Positions 24,500-36,335 of a stretch of 64,000 nucleotides of DNA are shown here, one piece after another. The position numbers and the translations under genes were made by a program. The stretch comes from Vicugna vicugna (taxonomy: Eukaryota): positions 6,464,066-6,528,065 of the forward strand of contig MU058213.1 in the NCBI GenBank assembly GCA_013265495.1, read 5' to 3'. The notes below the pieces were generated by a model, which saw nothing but the letters and a program-made list of their open reading frames with translations, ran no database searches and was not told the origin of the DNA. Positions within the stretch are counted from its first letter, which is position 1; each line of letters starts with the position of its first letter.

Positions 24500-24980
24500 T
24501 TTAAATTAAATTAAAAATTTTAATTGAAGTATAGTTGAATTAAAATGTGTTAGTTACTGACGTACAGCAAAGTGATTCAGTTATACATATATATTCTTTT
24601 CTATTATGGTTTATTACAGGATATTGAATATCGTTCCCTGCACTATACAGTAGGACCTTGTTGGTTATCTATTTTATATATAATAGTTTGTATCCGCTAA
24701 TCTCAAACTCCTAATTTATCCATCCCCTACCGTCTTTCCCCTTTTGTAACCATAAGTTTGTTTTCTTTGTCTGTGAGTCTGTTTCATAAATAATGACACT
24801 AATGAACTTATTTAGATTCCACGTATAAGGGATATCGTACGGTATTTGTCTTTCTGGGTTACTTCACTTAGCGTGATAATCTCTCAGTCCATCTGTGTTG
24901 CTGCAAATGGCATTATTCCAATCTTATTATGGCTGAGTAATATTCCATTGTCTCCCTATACCACATCTTTTTTTATCCAC
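24500..24980 (-). mobile_element. L1 3' end fragment
   Basis: ttaattgaagtatagttg..ccctgcactatacagtaggaccttg..ggctgagtaatattccattg. Confidence 0.85.
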
Positions 24981-27796
24981 TCAACAAGATGCTCTTTGAA
25001 CCAGCTTTACTATCTTACTGCTTTTCTCATTGATTAGTGAGCAGAGTAACTCTCTTAAGCATGTTCAGTGTATATTTGTGAATAGTTTTTAACTTTTGTG
25101 AGTTACACTTAGCATGATGCACTTTGCCTTTCAAGGCTGGCATGTCCTGCAGTTGCCTTTGTGTACTTTGGGTCAGAAGGTTCCTGGTTTTCAGAATTGG
25201 TTTCCAAGCCTTCTCAGACCTGTCTCCGTGGTGCTTTTAAATTCTCCCTGTCTCTCACAGCCCTCCCTTCTTCCTGTCCCCATTGGCCAACCACTGAGCT
25301 GGTGGGGCCCTTGTCATTTCCACTTGGACCGCTGCAATGTCTGCCCAGTTGGCCTTCCCACTGCCAGTCTTTTCCTCCTTCCTTTCATCCCTGGTGAGCT
25401 CTGCCACCAAATAAGGATTTTCGACCTACAACTCTGACATGTGGCTCCTGGGACAAAGACACCAGACAGCTGTGTCACAGAATTTCTGAACTGAAAGAGC
25501 TTGTATTTCAGACTTGGGGTTAGGGGTTAAGAATGAGGTTTAGGGTTAGGGTTCCTACACAGTGAAGAAACTGAGGCCCAGAAAAGCCAAGTAACATTAA
25601 AGTCACACAGTGAGAGAGGGGAATCTTTCTGAAGAGGTTAGTAAGCAGATTGAATGGCCTTGGGACAGTCCCTGGAAATTGGCTTTGTGCATAAGTCTCG
25701 GATGTTACCCTGTTTCCCCCCTGATTTCCATTGCATAGTACAGGACAGAAAGTGTTTCCATTAATGGACCTGGAGAAGGGGGAGCCAATTAATCCAGGCT
25801 TATCTGGCCCCCCGTCAGCACCCTAGAGCAGTCCCGATCTGCTTTCCTTTGACGTTAGTATCTCGCCTCCTTTAACCCCAGAAGCGTCTGGCTTCCTTCT
25901 TCCGCTCATTGGACCGTGTGGCTGGTTTTTCCTGATACACTCATAATTAATTGTTTGCTTTTCACTGTATGTTTCGGCTTTCTACCAACCCTCTGCCCTC
26001 CCAGTGCTACGTGCCTTCCTCCACAGGCGCCTCCTGCTAACCTCTCTCTCTTTTTGGATTCTTCCACTGAAACCAACAAGTGAGCTAGTCCCTTAAAAAC
26101 CTTTCTTGCTGCGAGTATAATTGAGACAGCTTGATGTTCGATGCTGTTTACCTTTTCATGGTTGCCCACACCATAGTCTGTATCTGCCTCTTTGTAATGC
26201 GGATCTGGATTAGAGTCCACAAGAGTATCTTACTTAAATAGCTCCCGAGGTGTTTAGACTCTGCCACTCAGTGTGGCCAAGATTGTGTGCTTCCTAACAG
26301 AGGTAGTGCAGTCCCGTGTGTAATACCAATTAAGATTGAGTTTGTTTGCTTTCTCCCTTATGAATCACGTTCTGATTTCCCCCACAAAATTGCCGTCATT
26401 GTGTCGTTTTTCAAAATCACTGACTGGTGTTTACATAATCAACATCAAATGTTGTTTTGGAACTTGGTGACACCTCCACATCAAGGCAGCGCTGTTTCCT
26501 GTGGTCCCCGTCCCCCTTCCTCCCTCCGTTCTTTGGTGTTGAGCATTGTCCTTAAGTGCCAAGCCGAAAGGTTAAAAGCTTTGTTTCAAAGCATAGCTGT
26601 TTGGTCCTGGCAAAGGGGAAATAGGTAGTTCTGAAGTTAAAATGCGTAAAACATTTTGGGTAGTGCCAACTAAAAAGTTTTAAAGCTGTATAATTTTTGA
26701 CCTAGAAATTATGCTTCTAATAATTTTTTCCATAAAAGTAATTGCCCACAGGTACAAAACTATGTATCATTTTTTAATGCAGCAGTTTTTATAATTAGAA
26801 ATGCATTGGAAATCGCTTCATTTACATTGATAAAAATGTATTGGCATTGACTTTCAGGGTGTATTGTAAAGAGAAAAAGCAAGATTCAAAAAGGCAGGTA
26901 AAACTTAATCCAAGTTTTGGCATCACCATCATAATAATTATGTATGTTGACATCCGTTGATACGCATTCTTCAGATTTTCTACAAAGATACCATGAGTCA
27001 ATCATGAGAGTGCTGGATTAGTATCTCTTAGAATTCAGTGACCTTTCTTCCTCTCTGAGATGGGCAGGGTCCATCCATTCAAACACCTGCCCACTCACTC
27101 ATTCCACAAACATTCGTTGTGCACCTGAGGCAGTGAGAGCGAGATTAAATAGGCTGACTCTGAAACTGGATTGCCTGCATGTGAACCCATCTCATGGCGC
27201 TCTTTTCTTGGGCAGGTTAATTTCTTCCCTTACCCATGATCTACTCTATCTTACATTATGGGTGGGAGAAATGGAGGTCCAAGGAGGATAAAGGCTACGT
27301 CCCAGGTGGCTTCCCAGTCAGGGAGAGGCCGAGGCTGATCTAGAATCATGGCTGGAGAGGCGGCCTGGCTAGGGATTGCTGTATTCCTAGTGTGGGCTGC
27401 TGGAGTGCAGTAGAGTGGATAAGGGGGTGGGAGCCAGGCCAGACACCAGGGTACAGACACTACGGTAGCTGGCCCTGTCACCTACTCGCTGTGAAATCTT
27501 CAGTAAGTTACTCAGTGTCTCTGTGCCTTACAGGATTTGGGGTGAGAATGAAGTGTAAAGTGCTTAAGACAGTGCCTGGCATGCAGTATGTCTCAGTATA
27601 TGCTGATGATTATTTGCGAGGCATGAGGGTTTAAAAGGTGGACAAGAAAGCTTAGTCCTTGTACGAAAGGAATTGATGACATAGTGGAGAACAGAGTGTG
27701 GGAAATACTATGATGAGGAAATGTTTTAGGATGTTAAGAAAGTAAGAAAAGGGGTGGGCAGGCAAGAATTCTACCACTGAACCACTCACACTCAAG

Positions 27797-28008
27797 ATTT
27801 TCAGATACTGACTGCTATGTATAAAATAGATAAACAGCAAGTTTCTTCTGTACAGCACAGGGACCTATATTCAGTATTGTGTAGTGACCTATAATGAAAA
27901 AGAATATGAAAAGGAATATATGTATGTATATGTATGACTGAAACATTACGCTGTACACCAGAACTTGACACAACATTCTGATACTTCCATTAGAAAGAAA
28001 GAAAGAAA
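27797..28008 (+). mobile_element. L1 3' end fragment
   Basis: ataaacagcaagtttcttctgtacagcacaggg..ctgtacaccagaa, followed by an (aaag)n tail. Confidence 0.82.
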
Positions 28009-28733
28009 GTGGGTAGGGGCCTCCACCCCAGGCTGGAGGGTCAGGGAGAACTGCCCAGGGGAAGTAACAACCAAGCTGAGACCTGGAGGAGGTCGGAGTG
28101 GCCATTCCCTCTGGGGGGAGAGAACAGCCTGAGGCAAAGTCCAGAGCTGAAACGAAAGCTGTTAATTTCCAAGAGCTGAAAGTGAGGCAGGAGGAATCCC
28201 TGGGCACAGGCTGGGGCAAAGTCTGGTATTGTGATCTTGGGGATAAGGCAACTGTGGTCAACCTTCAGCCTGACTATTGCCTTGAACCCTACTCTTAGGC
28301 TGACTAATCTTTTCACCCATCAGGTATTAGTCTAAATGCCACCTCCTCCAGGATGTCCTCCAGGGATCCCACCTTCCCACAGAGCTTTGGGTCCACTTGG
28401 TACAAGTAACCTTGGTCTTTTGCACACTTTATTGTCACTGCTTGTTTATTGCTCTTCCCTGCCAAACAATAAGTGCCTACTTGGTTATATTTGCATGGTG
28501 CTTGTTTACCCATGCATACTTGTTACCTGTCTCATACATGAGATAAAAGATGTAGGCAGAGGATCCAGGAGCTTCCCGAGGACAAAGGGAGCTAGAATTT
28601 TCACTTGGCGTTCTTGAATTCCGCAGTTATTCCACTGTGGGCTCACATCCACTACCACCTATGGGAAGCAGGTATGTACTCAGGGCGGACGTAGGCTGCA
28701 GCAGCCAAGCTTGGCTGGCCAGGGCCATAGTAG

Positions 28734-29410
28734 GGCTACAGGAAAAAAAGGGGGCGTGAGCGAGGCAGGAAAAATGGATGTGGGGTATTAGGAGGGCCAC
28801 ATCCCAGGTCTTGGTTGAGCCCCTAGGATGCACCCTGCCAAGTGTGGGTCCTTGGCTTTGTGCAGGAAAGAATTCAAGAGGAAGCCACAGTTGAGTAAAG
28901 GTAGATTTATTTAGAGAGATACATACTGCATACAGTGTGAGCTGTTTTAGAAGGCAAGAGAAATCACGAGGTGTGGTGATTGGGTACTCAGGTTAAAATA
29001 AAAGTTAGGTACACACTCCATAGACAGAGCACAGGCAATCCCCAAAGAGGAGGGAGCAAAAAGGCCGTGAGGGGCAGTGTTGCCAGTTTTTATGGGCTCC
29101 GTAGCTTCATATGCTAATGAATGGAAGGACCAGTCTAACTAGCCTGGGGAAGGGGCTGGGATTCCCAGGAAGTTGGCCATTTCCCACTCTTTGACCTTTG
29201 TGGCCAGCCTTGGGATTGTCATGGCGCCTATGGGCATGTTATTTATCATGCTAATATGTTACAGTGAGCATAGAATGAAGCTCAAGGTCTACTAGACGTC
29301 AAATCTCCCACCATCTTGAGCCTCAGGGCCTCCTGGGAGTTGCCATCCTGGTGTTAATTGCTGAGTCATTCTTTGAATGGTTGTGCCCTGCCCCCTTCAC
29401 TCCTGGCTCA
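28734..29410 (-). mobile_element. ERV1-class solo LTR (LTR8/MER4-like)
   Basis: Ends in ..ctggctca; GTAG at 28730-28733 and 29411-29414; gtgcaggaaagaattcaag motif; minus-strand AATAAA near 28906. Confidence 0.75.
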
Positions 29411-29458
29411 GTAGGAAATACTGCTCCAAGACAAAGCTGGTCTCTGATGGGCTGGAAC

Positions 29459-29748
29459 TGAGAAGGAAAAGCCGGGCTGGGCTAACTCGTAAATCTAAGT
29501 TTAATTAGTGTCGGTTCCTGATCTGCTCTTACTGGAAAAGTTCTAGTTTACTGATTCCCTGCTTCCCTTTTGTGATGTTGCTGAGCTGTTTGCACCTTAT
29601 TGGCCAATATACCCAAGCTTGTAATCTACCCTATAAAACCTCCCGCACACGTCTTAGAGGCGCCCAGAGCCCCAGAGCATAATACACCTGAGTACTCCAG
29701 TCCTCCGAGTGGTGCTTGTTTCTTGGCTGGCCTGTCGTTTCTGTAACA
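29459..29748 (+). mobile_element. ERV1-class solo LTR, same family as 22780-23190, opposite orientation
   Basis: TG...CA ends; TSD GAAC at 29455-29458 and 29749-29752; shares tgagtactcca..ctccgagtggtgcttgtttcttggctggcctgtc with the reverse complement of the other copy. Confidence 0.92.
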
Positions 29749-30385
29749 GAACTGCAATATTGGCTTGAAAGGTACCAAGGACCAAATCCAGCCTCGCTGG
29801 CCTCTCACCTGCTCAGGAATCCACTCTGCCTTCCTGACCCATAGGTGTAGGTAAGAGACTCGCCAGTGCTTCCTACATCCCTCTTCACCTTTCTGTCTGC
29901 TCCCCACCCAGGAAGGTAGTGACTCTCTGCCCGGAGCCGGCACGTTGTCTCAATGGTCTGTGCCTGAAGGATGGACATGACCATGACCACACATGTGAAA
30001 CCTTCTAGGGGTCTAGAGTATGTGCAGTTGATTGGACCTTATGGGCTAGGACAGCCTGGAGAGGGCCCCACCCTAGAAATACTTCCTTGTGTGCCACCCA
30101 AAAGGATGGCATGCAGAATTAGCAGTTTTCTTATTTTTATTTTGCTTTTTTTTTTTTAAGATCAAGAAAATAGAAGAACTAAGATGTACTGTGTGTTGTT
30201 TTGTCATTTAATGCATTTCTGTCTTTTCATATATTGGTTGGCGCAGTGGTCATTTTCCTTTAAGAGATCGATCCTATAAGTAAGTGAAGTGGCATTTTGT
30301 TAGTGTTGGTGATGCAAGTGTATCTCGTTTAAGTTGCTCTCGTTATAAGAACATCCAATTTGACATTCATTAAAAAGGTAGTTTT

Positions 30386-30704
30386 ACTAGTATTCATTTA
30401 GACATAAATGCATGCACACACACCCACTAGTATTCAGTTAGACATAAATGCATGCACACACACCCACTAGTATTCAGTTAGACATAAATGCATGCACACA
30501 CACCCACTAGTATTGTTAGACATAAATGCAAGCACACACAACCACTAGTATTCAGCTAGACATAAATGCATGCACACACACCCACTAGTATTGTTAGACA
30601 TAAATGCACGCACACACACCCACTAGTATTCAGTTAGACATAAATGCACGCACACACACCCACTAGTATTCAGTTAGACATAAATGCATGCACACACACC
30701 CACT
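30386..30704. repeat. Minisatellite, 8 x ~40 bp (actagtattcagttagacataaatgcatgcacacacaccc)
   Basis: Units start at 30386, 30426, 30466, 30506, 30544, 30584, 30622 and 30662; units 4 and 6 are 38 bp. Confidence 0.95.
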
Positions 30705-31519
30705 CACAATCCTACTTTTCCCAAGAAAATGACTGGATGTGTTCACAAAGACCTGCAAAGAGGTTAAAGAAAGAAAAAGCGTGGTTGATTTCCACAGTCA
30801 AGGAGAGCACTATTTGGTTGTGTTTCCTCAGATGATTCTAAAATAGCTTTTTAAAAAATTGAAGAGAAAGTTTGCTGTGGCCGCCCCTCAGTCTGCGGTG
30901 CTGAGAAGTGGGGCCCACGGCCTTGGTGGAGCATCACCCGAAGGGAGGGAGGTGTTAAGGGAAAGTGGCCGCCTTGATAATTTAGCAAGTCGTCCGCCTT
31001 GGAACATGAGGAGCAGGGAGGAACGAGCTGGATTCTTGCCTCTGAAGGAGATGGTTTTCTTGCCTCCGCTCAGAAGTTTCCTCTGCATTTAGTGAACTCA
31101 CTGAGTTCTGTGGGGTTTTCTCTTCTTTTTTTCTTTTCTTTCTTGAATCTTTGTTTTTCTTTCGCTCAGGGTTGTGTGGAGTGTGTCCAGGGGAAGAGAG
31201 AGCTTTGGGTGCCCGGAGGGAGTGGAGCTCCGCGGAGGGACTGAGTGCTCCCCTGGCCGGCCTGCCAGCCCGCAGGAGTGCGTTCTTCATCCCTGATTGG
31301 AGAGAAAGATGATCATATTGAGTCTTTTAACCATTTCTCTGTGGCCAGAGCTGATAGCTCATCTTCTCCAAGAGCCTACTGATACAGAACACGAAATAAA
31401 GTTAGGGCTTCAAGCACCCCCACCCCATCTTCCTCAGTCCCTTGGGTCTCTTTCAAAGCCCAGCTCCAGCCCATCAGTAGCACAGTAACTTGGCTGGCTT
31501 ACCTCTTTTTACTTCCTGC

Positions 31520-31704
31520 CCCTCTGAGCCACGGCGTCTTCTTCTTAGTAGGGATGCCTGTGCAACCCATGACCGCATGCAACCTTGCTCTCCAGGGTTC
31601 TCCTAAAGTTCTCCTAATGCCTACTGCGCTGGGTGCTGAGAGAAAGAACATGACTTCTAGGAGCTTCCAGTCCAATGAGAAGCCGAGAGTGACACATGCT
31701 AGAG
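31520..31704 (+). other. GCNT3: GCNT3 non-coding exon 1 (start approximate)
   Basis: aagaacatgacttctaggagcttccagtccaatgagaag resembles the remembered human GCNT3 5' UTR; donor AG|GTAAAC at 31705. Confidence 0.65.
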
Positions 31705-32779
31705 GTAAACACCACCATAATAAGTAAAGGGGGGCATCTGCCAGTTTGTAAATTCAGCTTAACATGGCTAGATCCCTGCTGCTTGGGCCCTCCTCTGACC
31801 CTGTTGTGGGGGCTGCAGGGTTCCCAGTGCCTCCATCAATGTTCATTCCACTGGGTTCTTCCAGATCTACCTCAGGGAGCCTGGCTTTGTGTCTCTGCTC
31901 CCCACTGCTGGAACTCTCAGACCATTTCACAAACATACAGGGATTTATAACTCGAAACTCAGAGGAAGCAGGCAAAGCTATTTGCCAGATAAGCCAACTG
32001 AAGTTGTGATTAGGAGAAAAGGACGAGGGGTCTGAGCAGCAAGAGTTGGCTCTTTCAGAAACAGCGCCGTGGTGCTCGTCGTGGCGGGAACTCTGGACTG
32101 TGTTGGGCTTATTATGTGGCCTGATGTTGCTTTCGCTTTCCATACTGGAGGGAGGTGCATGCCCTCAGCATTTTCAGTGCTTGGGACTTGTGAACATCTT
32201 CATGGCATCCTGGACTCATGGTTACATTTGCCTCCAGGACCATCTGGCTCTGTCGGGCCTCAGCAGGGCAAAAAGAAGCCCTCATGAAGGGACTCATTCC
32301 CTGGGTCTTCGTTCCTGCCTGGAAACTTACCTGGTCCCCAGGCATGCTGGGCCTGGGCTCCTGCCTCTTCCCAGGACCCCACCATCTCTTCGAGGCCAGT
32401 GTGGAGGGAGGGCGCGAGGTCGGCTGCATTGTGACTTCCACAGGTTGCCTGGCTCCTGATCTCCCGGGGCCTCTTTCCAGCCCTTGTGTTCCCTCTCCTG
32501 CACTTCCCTGGGGCCAGCAGCAGCTCACCCTCCTCTCTGCGGTGCTAACATCCACCACTTATAACTGAGTCTCTTTCTGGAGCCCAGAGTAGGGGCTAAT
32601 GCCGGTCTCCTCCCTGATCTACCCATCTGGTCACATCGCCAGCATCAACACTCTTGCTGATCCAGAGTTAAAGAATGTTATTTGTCCCCTCTTTGAGCTA
32701 TTCTGGGAGTAAATCAGGTCCTTGTAGCCTATCACTGGAGCCTCCCTAACAGTAACCTTCTTTGAAGGGCCACATATGC

Positions 32780-32980
32780 CGGGTTTGAAGTTGTGTCTCG
32801 TATGTGTTATCTTGTTTAAGCTTCACAACAATCCTATAAAATAGGGAATAGTATTAGCCCCAGTTATACCCAGGAAGTCACTGAAGCATAGAGACATTGC
32901 AAAATGTGCCCATGGTTCCACAGTTAGAAAGTACCAGAGCCAGGATTCAGACCTAGCTCTGTCCTGTCAAAGCCCAGGTG
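32780..32980 (-). mobile_element. MIR SINE
   Basis: cttcacaacaatcctat..tattagccccagtt..ctgaagcatagaga..tgcccatggtt..ccaggattcagacc. Confidence 0.7.
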
Positions 32981-33539
32981 TGCTCATAACTGTTACCCAC
33001 TTCGTGTTACTAATATATAGATTATCTCAGCCAAACAGAGCCACAATTTGTTAATGTTATAGTAGCACACATTTAGCAAATAAGAGTGGATACCTGTTTT
33101 GGTTACCTTAAGTATCAAATATTCAAACTATTTTCTTTTTATTGAGAGACTTTGGGGTGTGATTTTTATGGGAAAGAAGGTGGGACTTCGAGGGGGCCAT
33201 CAAAGAAAAGTAAGATATAAACAAATCGGAAAGATTCCTCTAGATTCAGATACTGGAGTGAGTGTTTATCCTGTAATCATTTTTGCCTCAGATTTTACAG
33301 CTCAACACAGTCACACAGAATCTGAGTGACAGAAGCTGGCAGAAGACAGAGCCCGTGGAGTGGTGCCAATAAAAGAGACCCCTTATGGCTCCCTGCTATT
33401 GGCCTGTCTTTCTCTATAGTCAGACACAGGCAGAGGAGGTCCAAAAAAGAAAAAAGACATAAATGCCCTACGCCATATTGGGGGCTGCATAAACAGTTCT
33501 TGTAGGAAGAAGGCAACACTAACTCATCTCCATCATATG

Positions 33540-34060
33540 CTATTGTGCAGATAAAGTCCACCCTCCTGGACTCAGCTTTGACGTGCAGCGGGGGTGGGGA
33601 GTACTCTGCAAACCACGTTGGTGCTTGGCCAGCTGCCCCCTATCGGCTCTGCCAACAGGGGGCGCCGGAGGGCGACAGAGAGGCTGGAGGCGGGACTTCC
33701 TGTCTGCTTCCCGTCTACTTCCTGCTTCTATGAGCAGCGCTATGGCAACAACCCCGTGGTGGCGGTTCGCTTACGTAGCGGCCCTGAAGCCAGTTTACAG
33801 TGACGAAGGACAGACAGCAGCTGCTCAGGAGAGGTCTGGGTCTCAGTCTAGGGGATCGCAACCCTTCTCTGAGCTCAGAGACCCCAGCACCAACTGAGAA
33901 GTCCCCTCTCAGAGGCCTAAGTTTACGCTTCTTGGCACCCTTCTCATATTCTCAGTTTAGCACTTCCCGGCTTTGCCCCTCATTCCTCCAGCCTCAGGAT
34001 GGTAGCTCCTAGCAGTGGCTACTTCTCTAATAATTGAGCATCATCTACACCCGCTGCCAA
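33540..34060 (-). mobile_element. LTR41/LTR33-like ERVL LTR remnant
   Basis: ggctctgccaacagggggcgccggaggg..aggctggagg..acttcctg text resembles remembered LTR41. Boundaries and strand are approximate. Confidence 0.5.
33633..33665. promoter_or_regulatory. Back-to-back CTCF-like motifs
   Basis: CCAACAGGGGGCGC on + (33652-33665) and CCGATAGGGGGCAG on - (33633-33646), compared with the consensus CCASYAGRKGGCRS. Confidence 0.5.
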
Positions 34061-34862
34061 CTTTCCGTTAGCTACTTAACAACTTCATATCTAGTTCTTT
34101 ACATCCAGTTATTAAATTTGTTATTTTAAATGTTTGGCCAGGAATGCTGCATTTTTGGAGGGGTGCTTTGGGGGCGAGGCGGAGAGGCGAATAGGGGCAA
34201 ACAGTGTCAGCAGTTTTGAAGGAGGCACTTTCCACGCTGCAATGCCACAACCCCCCATGGGGCTCCCGCTGAAGTCCAGCCGCCTTTAGCGTTGTCCTTT
34301 CTTCAGACTGCCGGGAGCCCTGGACTCGCAGACATTAGGGAAGGAGCTCTACAGTTTGAAACCCCCAGGATATTTCTGCAACCTACGGATTAGTAACAGT
34401 CACGGAAAGGCAGACAAATGAATTTTTTTGAACAGTTGCCATCGAAGAATGAACTCTGGTTTTCACTGACTCTTTCCGTTAAGAAAACAAAAGAAACAGT
34501 CATTGAAGATCATTTTTATTGCTTCCCTCTCGAGTGAAGTTCAGGGAGTATTAAGGGAACGTAAAAGGAGTGACATTTGGACTCCAGGCCAAAAGAAGGC
34601 AGGGGCATACCTGTGTGTTTCTGTGGTTCCTTCTTAAGGGGGAAAAAGCCTTCAGGTTCTAGAATGAGCATCGGCAGGTTTTTATAAATGGTTTTGTGGC
34701 AGGAGAGTTTGGGTACAAACTGGGCGGTCCTGGATGAAACAGCTGCTTGCCTTCTGAGACATTGTCAGCGTGGTTTTTTTTTTTTTTTACTGCCTCGCTC
34801 ACCTCCCAGGATGACTTGTTCTCAAGAATATGCCCTGGATGACATAGCTGAGCTTGCTTTCT

Positions 34863-34892
34863 CTTATCTGAGAGCAGGAAGTCCAAAGGTGA
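34863..34892 (+). promoter_or_regulatory. GATA + ETS + HNF4-type DR1 motif cluster just upstream of GCNT3 exon 2
   Basis: CTTATCT at 34863-34869, CAGGAAG at 34875-34881, AGTCCAAAGGTGA at 34880-34892. Confidence 0.45.
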
Positions 34893-34926
34893 GTGATGGA
34901 GCCTCCTGCTGCTCTTTGCTTTGCAG

Positions 34927-35119
34927 AAATTAAGGAGGAGCCTGATACGGTTTCCTGGACATGCTGGGAATATTAGAAAATGTACTTTGGAGAGGCTGAA
35001 AGAAGACCAGAGAATATGGTATTCACATTTGCTTCCACGGAATCCAACCAATCTTTCTTTGGGAAGAGGAACACATCGTGGCAAGAGATCTTCCCTAAAC
35101 AGGAAAAAAGCTCTTAAAG
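34927..35119 (+). other. GCNT3: GCNT3 non-coding exon 2 (193 bp)
   Basis: Acceptor ctctttgctttgcag| and donor AAAG|GTGAGA; sequence resembles the remembered human GCNT3 5' UTR (..gaagagatc.tccctaa.cagga..aagct..taaag). Confidence 0.75.
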
Positions 35120-36335
35120 GTGAGAATTTCCTTAATTTTTCATTTTTTCCTTCCTCTCAGATTCCTCTGAAAGTTATTACTAAAGAGGATACAATCTTAA
35201 GCTTCCAAAGAGATTGCAAAAAGGGAGAACAATCATTGCTCGAAAGATATGTCATGTTTTGGTGTCTTTCTCTCCCTTTAGGGATTTTTTTCCCCCTTTA
35301 ATGTCTGCTTTTCTTGGATGGTACTAAGTACCTTGTATTGTATTTAAAAGGTAGCTGTGGTTTGGAGGAACAAGTATTAGGCTTCTAGACAAAAAAAAAA
35401 AAAAAGAGGAATTGGGAGCATGGAAGAGTCCCAGATTTGTGTCTTATAATGTTTGTGATATTTGGCAAGTTATTTAGCTTCTATTTTCCTCTCTACAAAA
35501 GACGCCTAATAATACTATATTTCAGGTATGTTGTGAAGATTATAATGGGACAATGTAGAGAAAGATTCCTGGCCTATAAAAAAAAGCACTCATTAAGTAT
35601 TGCATATTCATAGCTCTGTGTGTGTGGATATATTTTAAATTTGAATAGACTGAGAGTTGTCTATATGAATGATTACAATGTATTTGGGGGGATTACATCC
35701 AATTTTTTGTGCTTGTGTAAGAACATTTTTTTTAAAGGGTGTCTAGATACCACATCTAACCAATGAATTATATGTGGTGAAAGCATCTTAATATATGAAT
35801 TATCTAATCGGAGCAAGAAGTGCAGTTGTTCTTTTCAAAGGACTTTGGATTTCTAGAACTGAAGCTGAGAGTCTGAATTTCCTGGATTTTTCTCTCTAGA
35901 CTGATCATTCTAGCTCCTAGATAAAAACTATGTTAGAAGCAGGGTGGGAAGGCACTGGGGGCAAAAAGGAAAAATGAAGGCAGGGCCTTGCTCTTACTCA
36001 CTACACCTCTTCAGCAGCAGGTACTTAGTTCCGCTTCCCTTTATCTCTCCCGGGTTGGAGGTGGAGCTGGCTCCTAATCCCAGCCCCGGCACGATCAGCT
36101 TTGTAGGGTCAGGTGAGTGAACTCCATCAGCAGGCTGGGTGTACGAGGATCCTAGGTGGATCTGGACTGAGGATACTTGTCTAGAGAAGAAATCTGGTTT
36201 TGCCATCACTGTGGAGTTGAACTTGATGTTCCTTGAGCCCATTCAGGGTTAGTTTGTAATTGAAGGCATTTTGTTCTGTCTAAGGATTTCATCCTCCTCC
36301 TTCCCTGTGCACAAACTCTGCCAATCTCCCATTCC

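Noticed and set aside
25514..25553. Telomere-like TTAGGG motifs
   Set aside because: Only about two exact units in degenerate G/T-rich sequence; too short to call an interstitial telomere.
30386..30704. CRISPR-like regular repeat array
   Set aside because: Units are contiguous with no unique spacers, no cas genes are present, and the context is mammalian. It is a minisatellite.
31696..32568. Cluster of 80-148 aa overlapping ORFs in GCNT3 intron 1 (likewise 5874-6591 and most other short ORFs in the track)
   Set aside because: No recognisable domains; they overlap on both strands, as expected in GC-richer non-coding or repeat DNA.
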